Source: the human T2T-CHM13v2.0 reference genome, Homo sapiens. Taken from it: DNA of 64,000 nt. Shown piece by piece: positions 28,501 to 38,914 of this stretch. Position 1 is the first letter of the stretch. Every line of letters starts with the position of its first letter. The notes beneath the pieces were generated by a model. It searched no databases. It was not told the origin of the DNA and saw only the letters and a program-made list of their open reading frames with translations. A program made the translations under genes and the position numbers. The stretch is taken from positions 11,232,001-11,296,000 of the forward strand of contig CP086569.2 in assembly GCA_009914755.4 (NCBI GenBank). The letters are read 5' to 3'.

Positions 28501-29868
28501 TTTCCATTCCTTTCCATTCCATTCCATTCCATTCCACTCCACTACACTACACGCCATTCCATTCCACTCCATTCCACTGCACTCCACTCAAGTCCGCTCC
28601 ACTCCACTCCAATCCATTTCATTCCAATCTATTCCATTCTACTCCACTCCACTCCACACCAATCCACTCCTCTCCACTCCATTCCATTCCATTCCACACC
28701 ATTCCACTGCCCTCCACTTCACCCCACTCCAGTACATTCCACTGCCTTCCATTCCACTCCACTCCAGTTCACTCCACTCCACTCCACTCCACTGCATTCC
28801 ACTTCACTCCACTCCACTCCATTCCCCTCCACTCCATTCCACTCCACTCCACTGAACTCCATTTCATTCTATTCCAATCCCTTTCATTCCATTTCTTTCT
28901 TTCCACCGAATCTCTCTCTGTCACGAAGTCTGTAGTGCAGTAGCTCAATCTCAGCTCACATTTATTTACACCATTCCATTGCATTCCATTCCATCCCATT
29001 CCATTCCACTCTTTTTCACTCCACTCCACTCCACTCTACTCAATCCCATTTCACTCAATCCCATTCCATTCGACTCCATTCCACTCCACTCAACTCCACT
29101 CCTATCCACTCCTTTCCATTCCATTCTATTCCATTACATTGCATTCCATTGCATTCCATTCCTTTCTTTCAACAGGGTGTCACTGTGTCATCCAGGTTGG
29201 AGTGCAGTGGCACAATCTCAGCTCACATTACATGTCAACTTTCCATTTCATTACATTCTATTCAACTGCGTTCCTTTGCATTCCATTCCATTCCATTCTG
29301 TTCCATTCCGTTTCAGTCGATTCCATTCCATTCCACTCCGTTCCCCTCCACTCCACTAAGCTCAACTACATTCCATTACATCTGATTCCGTTACACTCCA
29401 TTCCACTCCTCTCCACTCCACTCCATTCCACTGCATCCCATTACATTCGGCTCCATTCCACTGCACTCTACTCCACCCCAATCCACTCCACTTAAATCCA
29501 TTCCATTCCATCCCATTCCATTCCTCTCCATTCCACTCCAATCCACTTCACTCCACTCCACTCCACTCCACTCCAGTCCAACTTCATTTCATTGTGTTCC
29601 ATTCCATTCCATTCCACTCCATTCCATTCCATTCTTTCTTTCGAGAGTATCTCACTCTGTTACCAAGCCTAGAGCACAGTGGCACAATCTCAGCTCACAT
29701 TTCGTTTCACCATTCCATTCCATTCCATTCCATTCCCCTCCATTCCACTCCACTCCACTCCACCACATTCAATTACATCCGATTCCATTCCACTCCATTC
29801 CACTGCTGTCCATTCCACTGCATTCCACTCCACTTTCTGTATAGCCTGCAGAACGGTGGGCCAATTAA

Positions 29869-30212
<344 letters not shown>

Positions 30213-31181
30213 GATATTTCTTTATAGCAATGAAAGAACAGACTATTGTGAGGAATACGATGCAATTTAAAAATTTCTTCTTTGTGCCTGACTCCTGGCA
30301 GATTTCCTAAAACTCTTGGAATGTCCTCAGTGATAAGAGTATCTCTGGAACACTAATGAGATTACTCTCAACTCCCAGGTAGCTTCCAGGATGGGGGCTG
30401 GTGGCCAGAAGGATCAGACTATGGCTCGAGGGTCAGGACTCCCAGTCGCCCTGCTGACTGGCAGGATGGAGTCCATTCACCGTGGTCAGTGACTTCATCC
30501 TATGTAATGCCTATGTAATGAAACTTCCATAAAAATCCCTCAACAATGGGGCCTGGGGGCTTCTGAGCCAGCAAACACATCCACGTGCTGGGAGGGTGGT
30601 GCATCCCCAACTCCACAAGGTTGGAAGGTCCTGCACATTGGGCCCTCCTGATGTCGCCTAGTGCACCTCTTCATCAGCTGTGTGTTTGCACACTTTGTAA
30701 TAAGCCAGGGGTAGTAGTTAAAATGCCTTCTTAGGTTCTCTGAGCTGCTCCAGCAAGTGGCGGAACCCGAAAAGTGGGTGTTGGGAACCCCTAATTCACA
30801 GCCAAATTGGACACAAATGTGGGTGGCCTGGGTACTTGACGTTTATGGAGGGCAGTCTTGTGGGACTCAGCCCTTAAACTTGTAGTTAGTGTCAGAATTG
30901 AAATAATTCTTGACATCCAGCTGGTGTCTGAAGAGGTGGAGAAGGAAAATACACCACCCATTAGGCGCTGGGAGGGAAAAATTTAAAACCCCTCAGAGAA
31001 GCTTGGGGAGTCCCGTTCTCCATGCCCAGGGCCCACGGTCCTGGCTATGAAAGCCTGAATCAGACCCATGGTTTATTATTCACAGCAAGATTTCTCTCCA
31101 GGGATTCTTTAATCTGTAGTGAAAAAAATGTATAAATGTTGTAAAACAGTGAGATTCATGGCAAAATCAGAAGCAACATTT

Positions 31182-31565
31182 TATTAGTCTATTTTCACAC
31201 TGCTATAAAGAAATACCTGAGACTGGGTAATTTATAAAGGAAAGAGGTTTAATTGACTCACAGTTCCATATGGCTGCGGAGGCCTCAGGAACATTACAGT
31301 CATGGTGGAAGGCGAAGGGAAAGCAAGCACCTTCTTCATAAGGCAGCAGGAGAGAGAAGAGCAAAGAAGGAACTTCCAGACACTTATAATAAAACCATCG
31401 GATCTCGTTAGAACTCACTTACTATCATGAGAACAGCATGGGAAACCGCTATGGTCTAATCATCTCCCTCCCTCAATACATGGGGATTACAGGTCCCTCC
31501 TTCAACATATGGGGATTACAATTAGAGGTGAGATTTCAGTGGGGACACAGAGCCAAACCATATCA
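31182..31565 (-). mobile_element. THE1-type MaLR solo LTR (antisense)
   Basis: ttattagtctattttcacactgctataaagaaatacctgagactgggtaatttataaaggaaagaggtttaattgactcacagttccatatggctg ... gggattacaattagaggtgagatttcagtggggacacagagccaaaccatatca is the reverse complement of the THE1/MST consensus (TGATATGGTTTGGCTGTGTCCCCACCCAAATCTCATCTTGAATTGTA ... CAGTGTGAGAACGGACTAATA). Confidence 0.85.
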
Positions 31566-31739
31566 AACCTTAAGACCCCAGATTGATTTTTAAATGTGGG
31601 GATAATTTCCCAATGCAAATGGAATTGTTCTCGCCCCACCACCATGTCTCCCCCACCCACCACGGCATCCAGGCTGTGACACAACTACAGTCCATGCACC
31701 GTGGGCAGAAATATACCTCCAGGGAATGAAGGCCCTCAC

Positions 31740-31920
31740 CCACAAGCTGCGTGTACTCATGCAGGAGCCGCTCCTCATCCAGGAACTTGCCATCGCGCCC
31801 GTTGCTGGCTGGCTGGAACAGGCCATAGATCAGGACATCTTTCAAACTCTGGGTTAACGTACACAGGATACGCTGCTTTGCAAGCCACACCATGGCGTCC
31901 AGGTTAAATCGAATGCATTT
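31740..31920 (-). CDS. Candidate internal coding exon of an unidentified gene or pseudogene (K C I R F N L D A M V W L A K Q R I L C T L T Q S L K D V L I Y G L F Q P A S N G R D G K F L D E E R L L H E Y T Q L V)
   Basis: On the minus strand, a 181-nt open frame is preceded by a good polypyrimidine tract plus AG (…cagctgtctttgtccttcctggcag|AAATGC…). It is followed by a consensus donor (…CAGCTTGTGG|gtgagggcc). The translation has ordinary, non-repetitive amino-acid composition. It overlaps ORF 31570..31893(-) in the track. Nothing in the track or the sequence identifies the product. Confidence 0.25.
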
Positions 31921-32188
31921 CTGCCAGGAAGGACAAAGACAGCTGACGAGTGAGAGAGGATGCTACCTGAGTCACCCACATGGGGCACGTGGCCAGAGAG
32001 GCAAAGCTGCTTCCACCCCTTCCTGAAACTTCCTCTGAGCAGTGAACCCACGGCTTTTCACGATGAAAAATAAAGCCTACTGGTTGCTGGGACACAGACA
32101 TTCGGTAAATATAAAAGGGAAAAAGGAAAGACCGAGGGATTGGTCTCTTTGGCCTTGATCTCACCATGGACTCAAATCTCCAGCACTG

Positions 32189-32488
32189 TCTCAGTGCGGC
32201 AGCTCATGCCTGTTATCCCAGCACTTTGGGAGGCCAAGGCAAGCAGATCACGACGTCAGGAGATCGAGACCATCCTAGCCAACATGGCAAAACCCCATCT
32301 CTGCTAAAAATACAAAAATTTGCTGGGCATGGTGGCGCGTGTCTGTAATCCCAGCTACTCTGGATGCTGAGGCAGGAGAATCGCTTGAACCAGGGAATTA
32401 CAGGTTGCATGAGCCGAGATTGCACCACTGCACTCCAGTCTGGTGACAAGGTGAGACTCCGTCTCAAAAAAAAAAAAAAAAAAAACAA
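32189..32488 (+). mobile_element. Alu (sense) with ~20 nt poly-A tail
   Basis: …gcggcagctcatgcctgttatcccagcactttgggaggccaaggcaagcagatcacgacgtcaggagatcgagaccatcctagcc … ccactgcactccagtctggtgacaaggtgagactccgtctcaaaaaaaaaaaaaaaaaaaac. Confidence 0.9.
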
Positions 32489-34350
32489 AACTCAAGCCCT
32501 CACAGTGTCTTTTTGGTCATCAATGACCACCTGTCACCTCAGGGCCCTCTCTCACTTGCATGGCACTTCTCAAACTCCAGCAGTTTGAAAAAAACAGGTC
32601 ACAGACCCCACTTATGTCTCCCTAACAGAATGTCTGATTCAGCAGGTCTGGGTGGGACCTGAGAAACTACATCTCAGACAAATCCCAAGGTGCTACTGCT
32701 GCTGCCGTCCTGGAGAACACACATTCAGAACCACAGCCCACATATATTTCAATGTGACTTAATTTTGACATGGATCGTTCTTTAGCATTTCAGATTCGGT
32801 GGAAACCTTGTCTTATAACCATGCTGACGAGAAAGTTTTCATACTACCCACGCTGACTATGAACACAAATCTTTAAAAACGCAGTCATCACCTCTCCCAA
32901 AGGACACAGGAAAGCAAGTATGGAAAAACGATTTGATGGAAAATCAAATCAGTTGCCACAAGAGTTCATTTTTACAAAGTTAAATAGTGTCAACAGGGCC
33001 TGCAAACCAATCACAACACTTCAAACACAAAATAGCACCTCTGAGGACTGAAATAACAACAACTTGGTCATGTTCCCAGATCCCCTCTGTGAGACTCACC
33101 AGTGAGCCAGGAAAGGCAAAGGCCAGGCAAATCCACTTCTAGCCATGACTTATAATTTTTGTCGAATTAAAATTATATTCTACTGAATAGTTGTCAGCAG
33201 GGGCTCAATAATTCACTTTGTCACTGTCAAAGTGTTCAGAACAAAAGGAGGTTTGAATGAATATAAGACTCAAACCAGTTCTCTATCTGAGGTTTCTGTG
33301 GGTTTGTGCCCAGGAAAGCAAAAGGCCCCATTATCTTCCCAGGACAGCCCAAGGGTAAGTTCTTCATCGCTGGGAAAATGATCCTGAGACTGCCAACAGG
33401 AGGCCAGGTTCAGTGGGTGACCAGAGTCCTCCCTGTCAGGAAACCTGACCCTGTGTACAAAAGCTCCTCTTTCTCCCTTCCAATGTCAAAGCCTGAGCTC
33501 ACGTGTGGCTCTCAAAGCTCCTCACAGGGCTGTGAGGCTGGGTGGAGGCAGTTGTTTATTCCAGAAAGATTTCCAGACCCGCACCCTCCCCGATCCTTGG
33601 CTGAACAAGGACTCTCTGGAAACTCCTGGCACGAGAAACAAGCTGTATCAGGTGTGACCAGATGGGGCCGCTCACTACTCACCCTTCAGCCTCGGGAATC
33701 CTTCTGGGCCCCTCCAATTCAAGCTCCAACACCCACAGAGCCAATGGCTCCCTCCCTGGCACCTGCAGAGAAGCTTCAGCCAAGGGGCAATTCCTTGGAG
33801 GAGCACAGGGCTCCAAATCACCTCTCAGGGGATTCTGTGCCACTGTAGGTCATTGCAAAGATGGGTGTCCACCGTCATTTATGGACAGGGTGGGGATGCT
33901 GTGTCTGTGCAGCACGGGGGCCAACCCCACAAAGCAACAACCATCTGCTCCAGAAAATGCTAAGAGCACCACCTTGAGAATCATCTAGAAGGAGCAAGAG
34001 CCCAAAAGTCGGAAAGCCTGGGTTTGCAACCCAGTGGGGCACACCAGCCTTGATTCCTAGGCAAACTCACCCACCCAGCCGTCTTCTAATTCCCCCCATG
34101 AAAATCAGAGCCACTACTTAATTTCAGGGCTGCTGTCAGGATCAAACGGGATATAAATAAGATTATTTGTTATGGGCTGAACTGTGCCCCTCTAAATAAA
34201 TGTTGAAGTCCTAATGCCCATACCCTATGAATGTGATTTATTTGGGAATAGAATCTTTGTAGAGGTAATCAAGTTAAGATGATGTCATACAGGAGCAGGG
34301 TGGACCCTATTGCAATAACTGTGTCCTTAAAAAGGGAGTAAATCTGGATA

Positions 34351-34657
34351 TTAGCCCTTTGTCAGATGGATAGATTGCAAAAATTTTCTCCCATTCTGTA
34401 GATTGCCTGTTCACTCTGATGGTAGTTTCTTTTGCTGTGCAGAAACTCTTTAGTTTAGTTACATCCTACTTGTCTATTTTAGCTTTTGTTGCCATTGTTT
34501 TGGTGTTTTAGTCATGAAGTCCTTGCCCATGCCTATGTCCTGAATGGTACTGCCTAGGTTTTCTTCTATTGTTTTTATGGTTTTAGGTCTAGCATTTAAG
34601 TCTTTAATCCATCTTGAATTAATTTTTGTATAAGGTGTAAGGAAGGCATCCAGTTTC
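34351..34657 (-). mobile_element. L1 (primate L1P-type) ORF2-3' segment, inverted. This is the 5' inverted arm of a twin-primed L1 insertion
   Basis: ttagccctttgtcagatggatagattgcaaaaattttctcccattctgtagattgcctgttcactctgatggtagtttcttttgctgtgcagaaactctttagtttagttacatcc … ggaaggcatccagtttc is the reverse complement of L1 ORF2 3' sequence. In L1 coordinates it ends only a few bases upstream of where the adjacent direct segment begins. Confidence 0.85.
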
Positions 34658-35544
34658 TTCTACAAAGAACTTAAACAAATTTATAAGAAAAATCAAACAA
34701 TCCCATCAAAAAGTGGGCAAAGGACATGAACAGACACTTTTCAAAAGAAGACAATTATGCAGCCAACAGACACATGAAAAAATGCTCATCATCACTGGTC
34801 ATCAGAGAAATGCAAATCAAAACCACAATGAGATACCATCTCACACCAGTTAGAATGGTGATCATTAAAAAGTCAGGAAACAACAGGTGCTGGAGAGGAT
34901 GTGGAGAAATAGGAACACTCTTATGCTCTTACTAGGAGTGTACACTAGTTCAACTGTTGTGGAATACAGTGTGGCAATTCCTCAAGGATCTAGAACTAGA
35001 AATACCATTTGACCCAGTGATCCCATTACTGGGTATATACCCAAAGGATTATAAATCATACCACTATAAAGACACATGCACATGTATGTTTATTGCGGCA
35101 CTATTCACAATAGCAAAGACTTGGAACCAACCCAAATGTCCATCAATGATAGACTGGATTAAGAAAATGTAGCACATATACACCATGGAATACTAAGTAG
35201 CCATAAAAAAGGATGAGTTCATGTCCTTTCAAGTGACATGGATGAAGCTGGAAACCATCATTCTGAGCAAACTATCACAAGGACAGAAAAACAAACACCG
35301 CATGTTCTCACTCATAGGTGGGAATTGAACAATGAGAACACTTGGACACAGGGCGGGGGAACATCACACATGGGGGCCTGTCTTGGTGAGGTGGGTTGGG
35401 GGAGGGATAGAATTAGGAGAAATACCTAATGTAAATGATGAATTAACGGGTGCAGCAAACCAACAAGGTGCATGTATCCATATGTAACAAACCTGCACAT
35501 GGTGCACATGTACCCTAGAACTTAAAGTATAATTTAAAAAAAAA
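34658..35544 (+). mobile_element. L1 (L1P-type) 3' end, covering the ORF2 C-terminus and 3' UTR with poly-A. This is the direct arm of the twin-primed insertion
   Basis: tctacaaagaacttaaacaaatttataagaaaaatcaaacaatcccatcaaaaagtgggcaaaggacatgaacagacacttttcaaaagaagacaattatgcagccaacagacacatgaaaaaatgctcatcatcactggtcatcagagaaatgcaaatcaaaaccacaatgagataccatctcacaccagttagaatggtgatcattaaaaagtcagg … ctagaacttaaagtataatttaaaaaaaaa. Track ORFs 34726..34935 and 34957..35172 translate to the L1 ORF2 C-terminus. The flanks carry the TSD aaaagggagtaaatctgga / aaaagagtgagaaaatctgga. Confidence 0.9.
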
Positions 35545-36835
35545 GAGTGAGAAAATCTGGACACAGCATCACGCACACAGGGAGATGACCATGTGAATGG
35601 GCAGGGAGAGACTGGTGTGTCCCACCTGCAAACCCAGCAATGCTAAGATTGCTGGTAAGCCCCCAGCAGCTGGGGTAGAGTTAGAGAATCTGGGACAGAT
35701 TCTCCCTCAAGCCTCAGAAGGAACCAACCTTGCCTACCCCTTGACCTTGGACTTCCAGCCTCCAGAATGTGAGACAATACATGTCTGAGATTTAAGTCAC
35801 CAGTCTGTGGTTGGTTACGGCAGGCATGGGAACTCATAAACGTGTGAATCACCTGCCACTAATTGTGACAGCAAAAAAACAGCAGCAGCATCATCTCTGA
35901 GAGCGGAACTCAGCAGGTCGAGCATTCCCAGCTCCTAGGGAGCTCCCCTCCCTCCATATGTGATGGGAGCCGCCCGCATGTTTACACCAGCTCCGGGCAA
36001 GCCCACGACGTCAGAAGACCCTTTGGATGAATCCTACTTCAATTCTTCACTTACCCATCATTGACTCACTGTCTAATCAGGCAAACCCCAGGTCCAAGAG
36101 CAGGCCTGACACAGTACAGGTGACTGACACTAGCTGAATGATGTGGGAGCCACAAGGACAATAAATAAGAAGCAAACCAGCCTGAGGTCACCATTTGTAG
36201 TGGGGAAAGACACGTACTCAACTGTCACACAATATGGAAAAGGTAAAAATCCATGCTAACACGAGCTCCCTTGGGGACCCTGAGGAAGGAGTAAGTGACG
36301 CTGCTTGGTAAGGAGCGCGCATCATAGGCTGCTGCCCAGGAACACAGAGGGATATGTGAGTCTGGGGTAGGATTCCAAGTTGAGGGCCGAGCATAAGGAG
36401 AGGGAGGGAGGCAAAGGTAGAACAGTGATGAGTCTAGTGGTGGATGGCCCAAGACAGTTTCTGCCTTAAGTGACCCTTCCTGGTTCCACTATTACCAGTG
36501 TGAGCCTTGGCCATGTCAAGTTCTCCTTGAGGAGAACAGTATCTGATTCTGGTCTCCCCACAGCCCTGTGAGGTGGCTATTCCTTTACAATTTGTTAGAG
36601 ATATACTGAGTGAGTCAGTGATTTGTTAGATGACTCACAGATAGTACAGAAAGGATGGCAAAGACAACAGTGTGTAGGAAGTCCCAACTCTGGCCAACTC
36701 CTCTAAAGGATTACTGGAGGAAACACCTCTCTTCTCCTTGAGCTTCTATCTTCTGTGCACATGGTCTCACCAGGACAGGAGTGGGTGAGAGGACATGAAG
36801 ATGACCAAGATGTGCTCTTGTCCCTTAAAGAGTTC

Positions 36836-37975
36836 AGTGTCTACAAGGAGGGGATGATGATGATGGTGGTGATGGTGATGATGAAGTTGGTTGTAATGGT
36901 GATGATGGTGGTGGTAGTGGTGGCAGTGATGGTGGTGATAATGGTGATGATGGAGATGTTGGTAATGGTGATGATAGTGATCATGATGGTGATGGTGATG
37001 ATGGTGATGATGGTATTATGATAGTGATGATGGTGTTGGTGATGGTGATGATGATGATGATGGTGGTGATGATGATGGTGATAATGATGGTATGATGACA
37101 GTGATAATGTTGATGATGTTGGTGATGGGGATGGTAGTGGTGATGGTGATGGTGATAATGGTGATGGTGGTGATTATGAGGATGGTGGTGATGATGGTGA
37201 TGGTGACAATAATGGTGATAATGATGGTATTATGATAGTGATGATGGTGGTGATGGTGATGATAATGGTGATAATGACGGTATGATGGTAGTGATAATGG
37301 TGATGGTGATGGTGATGATGATGATGATAATGGTGATAATGATGGTATGATGGTAGTGATAATGGTGATGATGTTGGTGATGGGGATGATAGTAGTGGTG
37401 ATGATGATGGTGATGGTGGTGATGGTGATAACGGTGATGGTGATTATGAGGATGGTGGTGATGAAGGTGATGGTGACAATAACGGTGATAATGATGGAAT
37501 TATGATAGTGATGATGATGGTGATGGTGATGATGATGGTGATGATAATGGTGATAATGATGGCATGATGGTAGTGATAATGGTGATGGTGATGGGGATGG
37601 TATTGGTGATGATAGTGGTGATTATGAGGATGGTGGTGATGATGGTGATGGTGATAATGGTGATAATGATGGTGATTATGAGAATGGTGGTGATGGTGAT
37701 GATGGTATTATGATAGTGATGATGGTGATGGAGGTGATGGTGATGATGGTGGTGATGATGGTGATGATAATGGTGACAGTGATGGTATGATGATAGTGAT
37801 AATGGTGATGATGTTGGTGATGGGGATGGTGGTGGCGATGATGGCGATGATGATGATAATGATGGTGATCATAATGAGGATGATGATGGTGATGATGACA
37901 GTGGTCACTGCAATGATAACAGTAGTGGTGATGATGAAGATGATGATGATGACAGTGATAATGATAACCATGACA
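36836..37975. repeat. Imperfect (GGTGAT)n/(GATGAT)n hexamer-based minisatellite, ~1.1 kb
   Basis: gatgatgatggtggtgatggtgatgatgaagttgg…ggtgatggtgatggtgataatggtgatggtggtgattatgaggatggtggtgatgatggtgatggtgacaataatggtgataatgatgg… continues through about 37975, with sub-blocks that recur at a longer period (for example 'ggtgattatgaggatggtggtgatgatggtgatggtgacaataatggtgataatgatggtattatgatagtgatgatgg'). The track ORFs here (MVMMKLVVMVMM…, MVIIITVIII…) are artefacts. Confidence 0.85.
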
Positions 37976-38593
37976 CAGTGATGATTACTATGTATTGAAT
38001 CCTAATAAGTCAGAAATTATGCTAACCATATCACCTTCACCACAACCCTAAGTGGATATTATGATTACTGTTTGTATAATATTATTACTGTTTAATAATA
38101 ATAATAATATTCTCTTTCTCTAGATAAAGAAGCTGAGCCTCAGAGACTCCAAGTAACTACCCGAAGGTCACATTTCTAGAAAGCAGTAGAAGTTTGATTG
38201 AAACCCAAGTCAAATCTCCCGATCTCCCGAGTCTTTGCTGTTCAAATGATAGATGATGTTCCCCTCTATACACACCCACTGCCAATCTTAGTGCAGGCAA
38301 AACATAAATTAGAGGCATAACCTGTTCTATTTCACTTTGCTTTGTTGAACTTCACAGAGAATTTGTTTTTGCAAATTGGAGGCTTGTGGCAACCCTGCAA
38401 CGAGAAAATCTATCAGTATGATTTCTCCAATAGCACATGCTCACTTCATATCTCTGTTACATTTGGGTAATTATGGCACTATGTCAAATTTTTCATAATT
38501 ATTATATCTGTTAGGATGATCCATGGTCAGTGATCTTTGATGTTACTATTGTTCTGGCGTGGCATGAACCACACCCATATAAGACAGGAAACA

Positions 38594-38914
<321 letters not shown>

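Larger units (their letters stand above)
1..29836 (+). repeat. HSat3-like pentameric satellite array, (CATTC)n/(CACTC)n strand shown, with interspersed Alu-derived fragments
   Basis: Read directly from the sequence. The tandem pentamers cattc/cactc/cattg run continuously for about 29.8 kb in one orientation. Occasional cattcgg(c/t)tcc and cattcga(c/t)tcc motifs resemble the diverged HSat3 'A(T/C)TCGGGTTG' signature. The supplied ORFs here have periodic low-complexity translations (HSIPFHS.. on + and MEWNGVEWSG.. on -), as expected when a 5-bp repeat is translated. The array ends sharply at ...ccactccactttctg / tatagcctgcagaacgg. Confidence 0.92.
34170..35860. repeat. Ancient interspersed repeat (family not named with confidence) split by the L1 insertion at 34351-35544
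   Basis: Left part: …tttgggaatagaatctttgtagaggtaatcaagttaagatgatgtcatacaggagcagggtggaccctattgcaataactgtgtccttaaaaag. Right part: …accttggacttccagcctccagaatgtgagacaatacatgtctgagatttaagtcaccagtctgtggttggttacggcagg. Together they read as the two halves of the very common human repeat whose consensus ends …cttggacttccagcctccagaactgtgagaaataaatttctgttgtttaagccacccagtctatggtattttgttatagcagcc. Confidence 0.45.

Noticed and set aside
1-29836. About 250 ORFs of 60-990 aa on both strands in the ORF track (for example 3502..6471 + 989 aa HSIPFHS…, 10947..11519 - MEWNGVEWSG…)
   Set aside because: They are translations of a 5-bp tandem repeat. The periodic residues (H-S-I/T-P-F/L on + and M/V-E-W-S/N-G on -) simply mirror the cattc/cactc pentamers. 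Long open frames are expected because the pentamer lacks stop codons in several frames. There is no start or stop context and no non-repetitive domain.
1-29836. CRISPR-like appearance: a conserved ~65 bp element recurring with variable 200-600 bp 'spacers'
   Set aside because: The context is eukaryotic (Alu, L1, THE1, Tigger1 all present). The recurring element is an Alu fragment. The 'spacers' are satellite pentamers, not unique sequence. Spacing is far larger and more irregular than in CRISPR arrays.
30215-31180. Possible LTR-like fragment (…tgggactcagcccttaaacttgtagttagtgtcagaattgaaataattcttgacatccagctggtgtctgaagagg…)
   Set aside because: It is reminiscent of ERV LTR sequences, but I cannot assign a family or boundaries from memory. 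It is left as unannotated unique or old-repeat sequence.
33306-33988. 180-aa and 108-aa ORFs in unique sequence (33306..33848 +, 33662..33988 +)
   Set aside because: Composition is not protein-like (P/S/G-rich, no recognisable motif). There is no splice-site or promoter context. Lengths are within the random expectation for GC-rich human DNA.
36755-37981. ORFs encoding poly-Met/Val/Ile peptides (36755..37021 +, 37708..37971 -, 37787..37981 +)
   Set aside because: They are artefacts of the (GGTGAT)n minisatellite.
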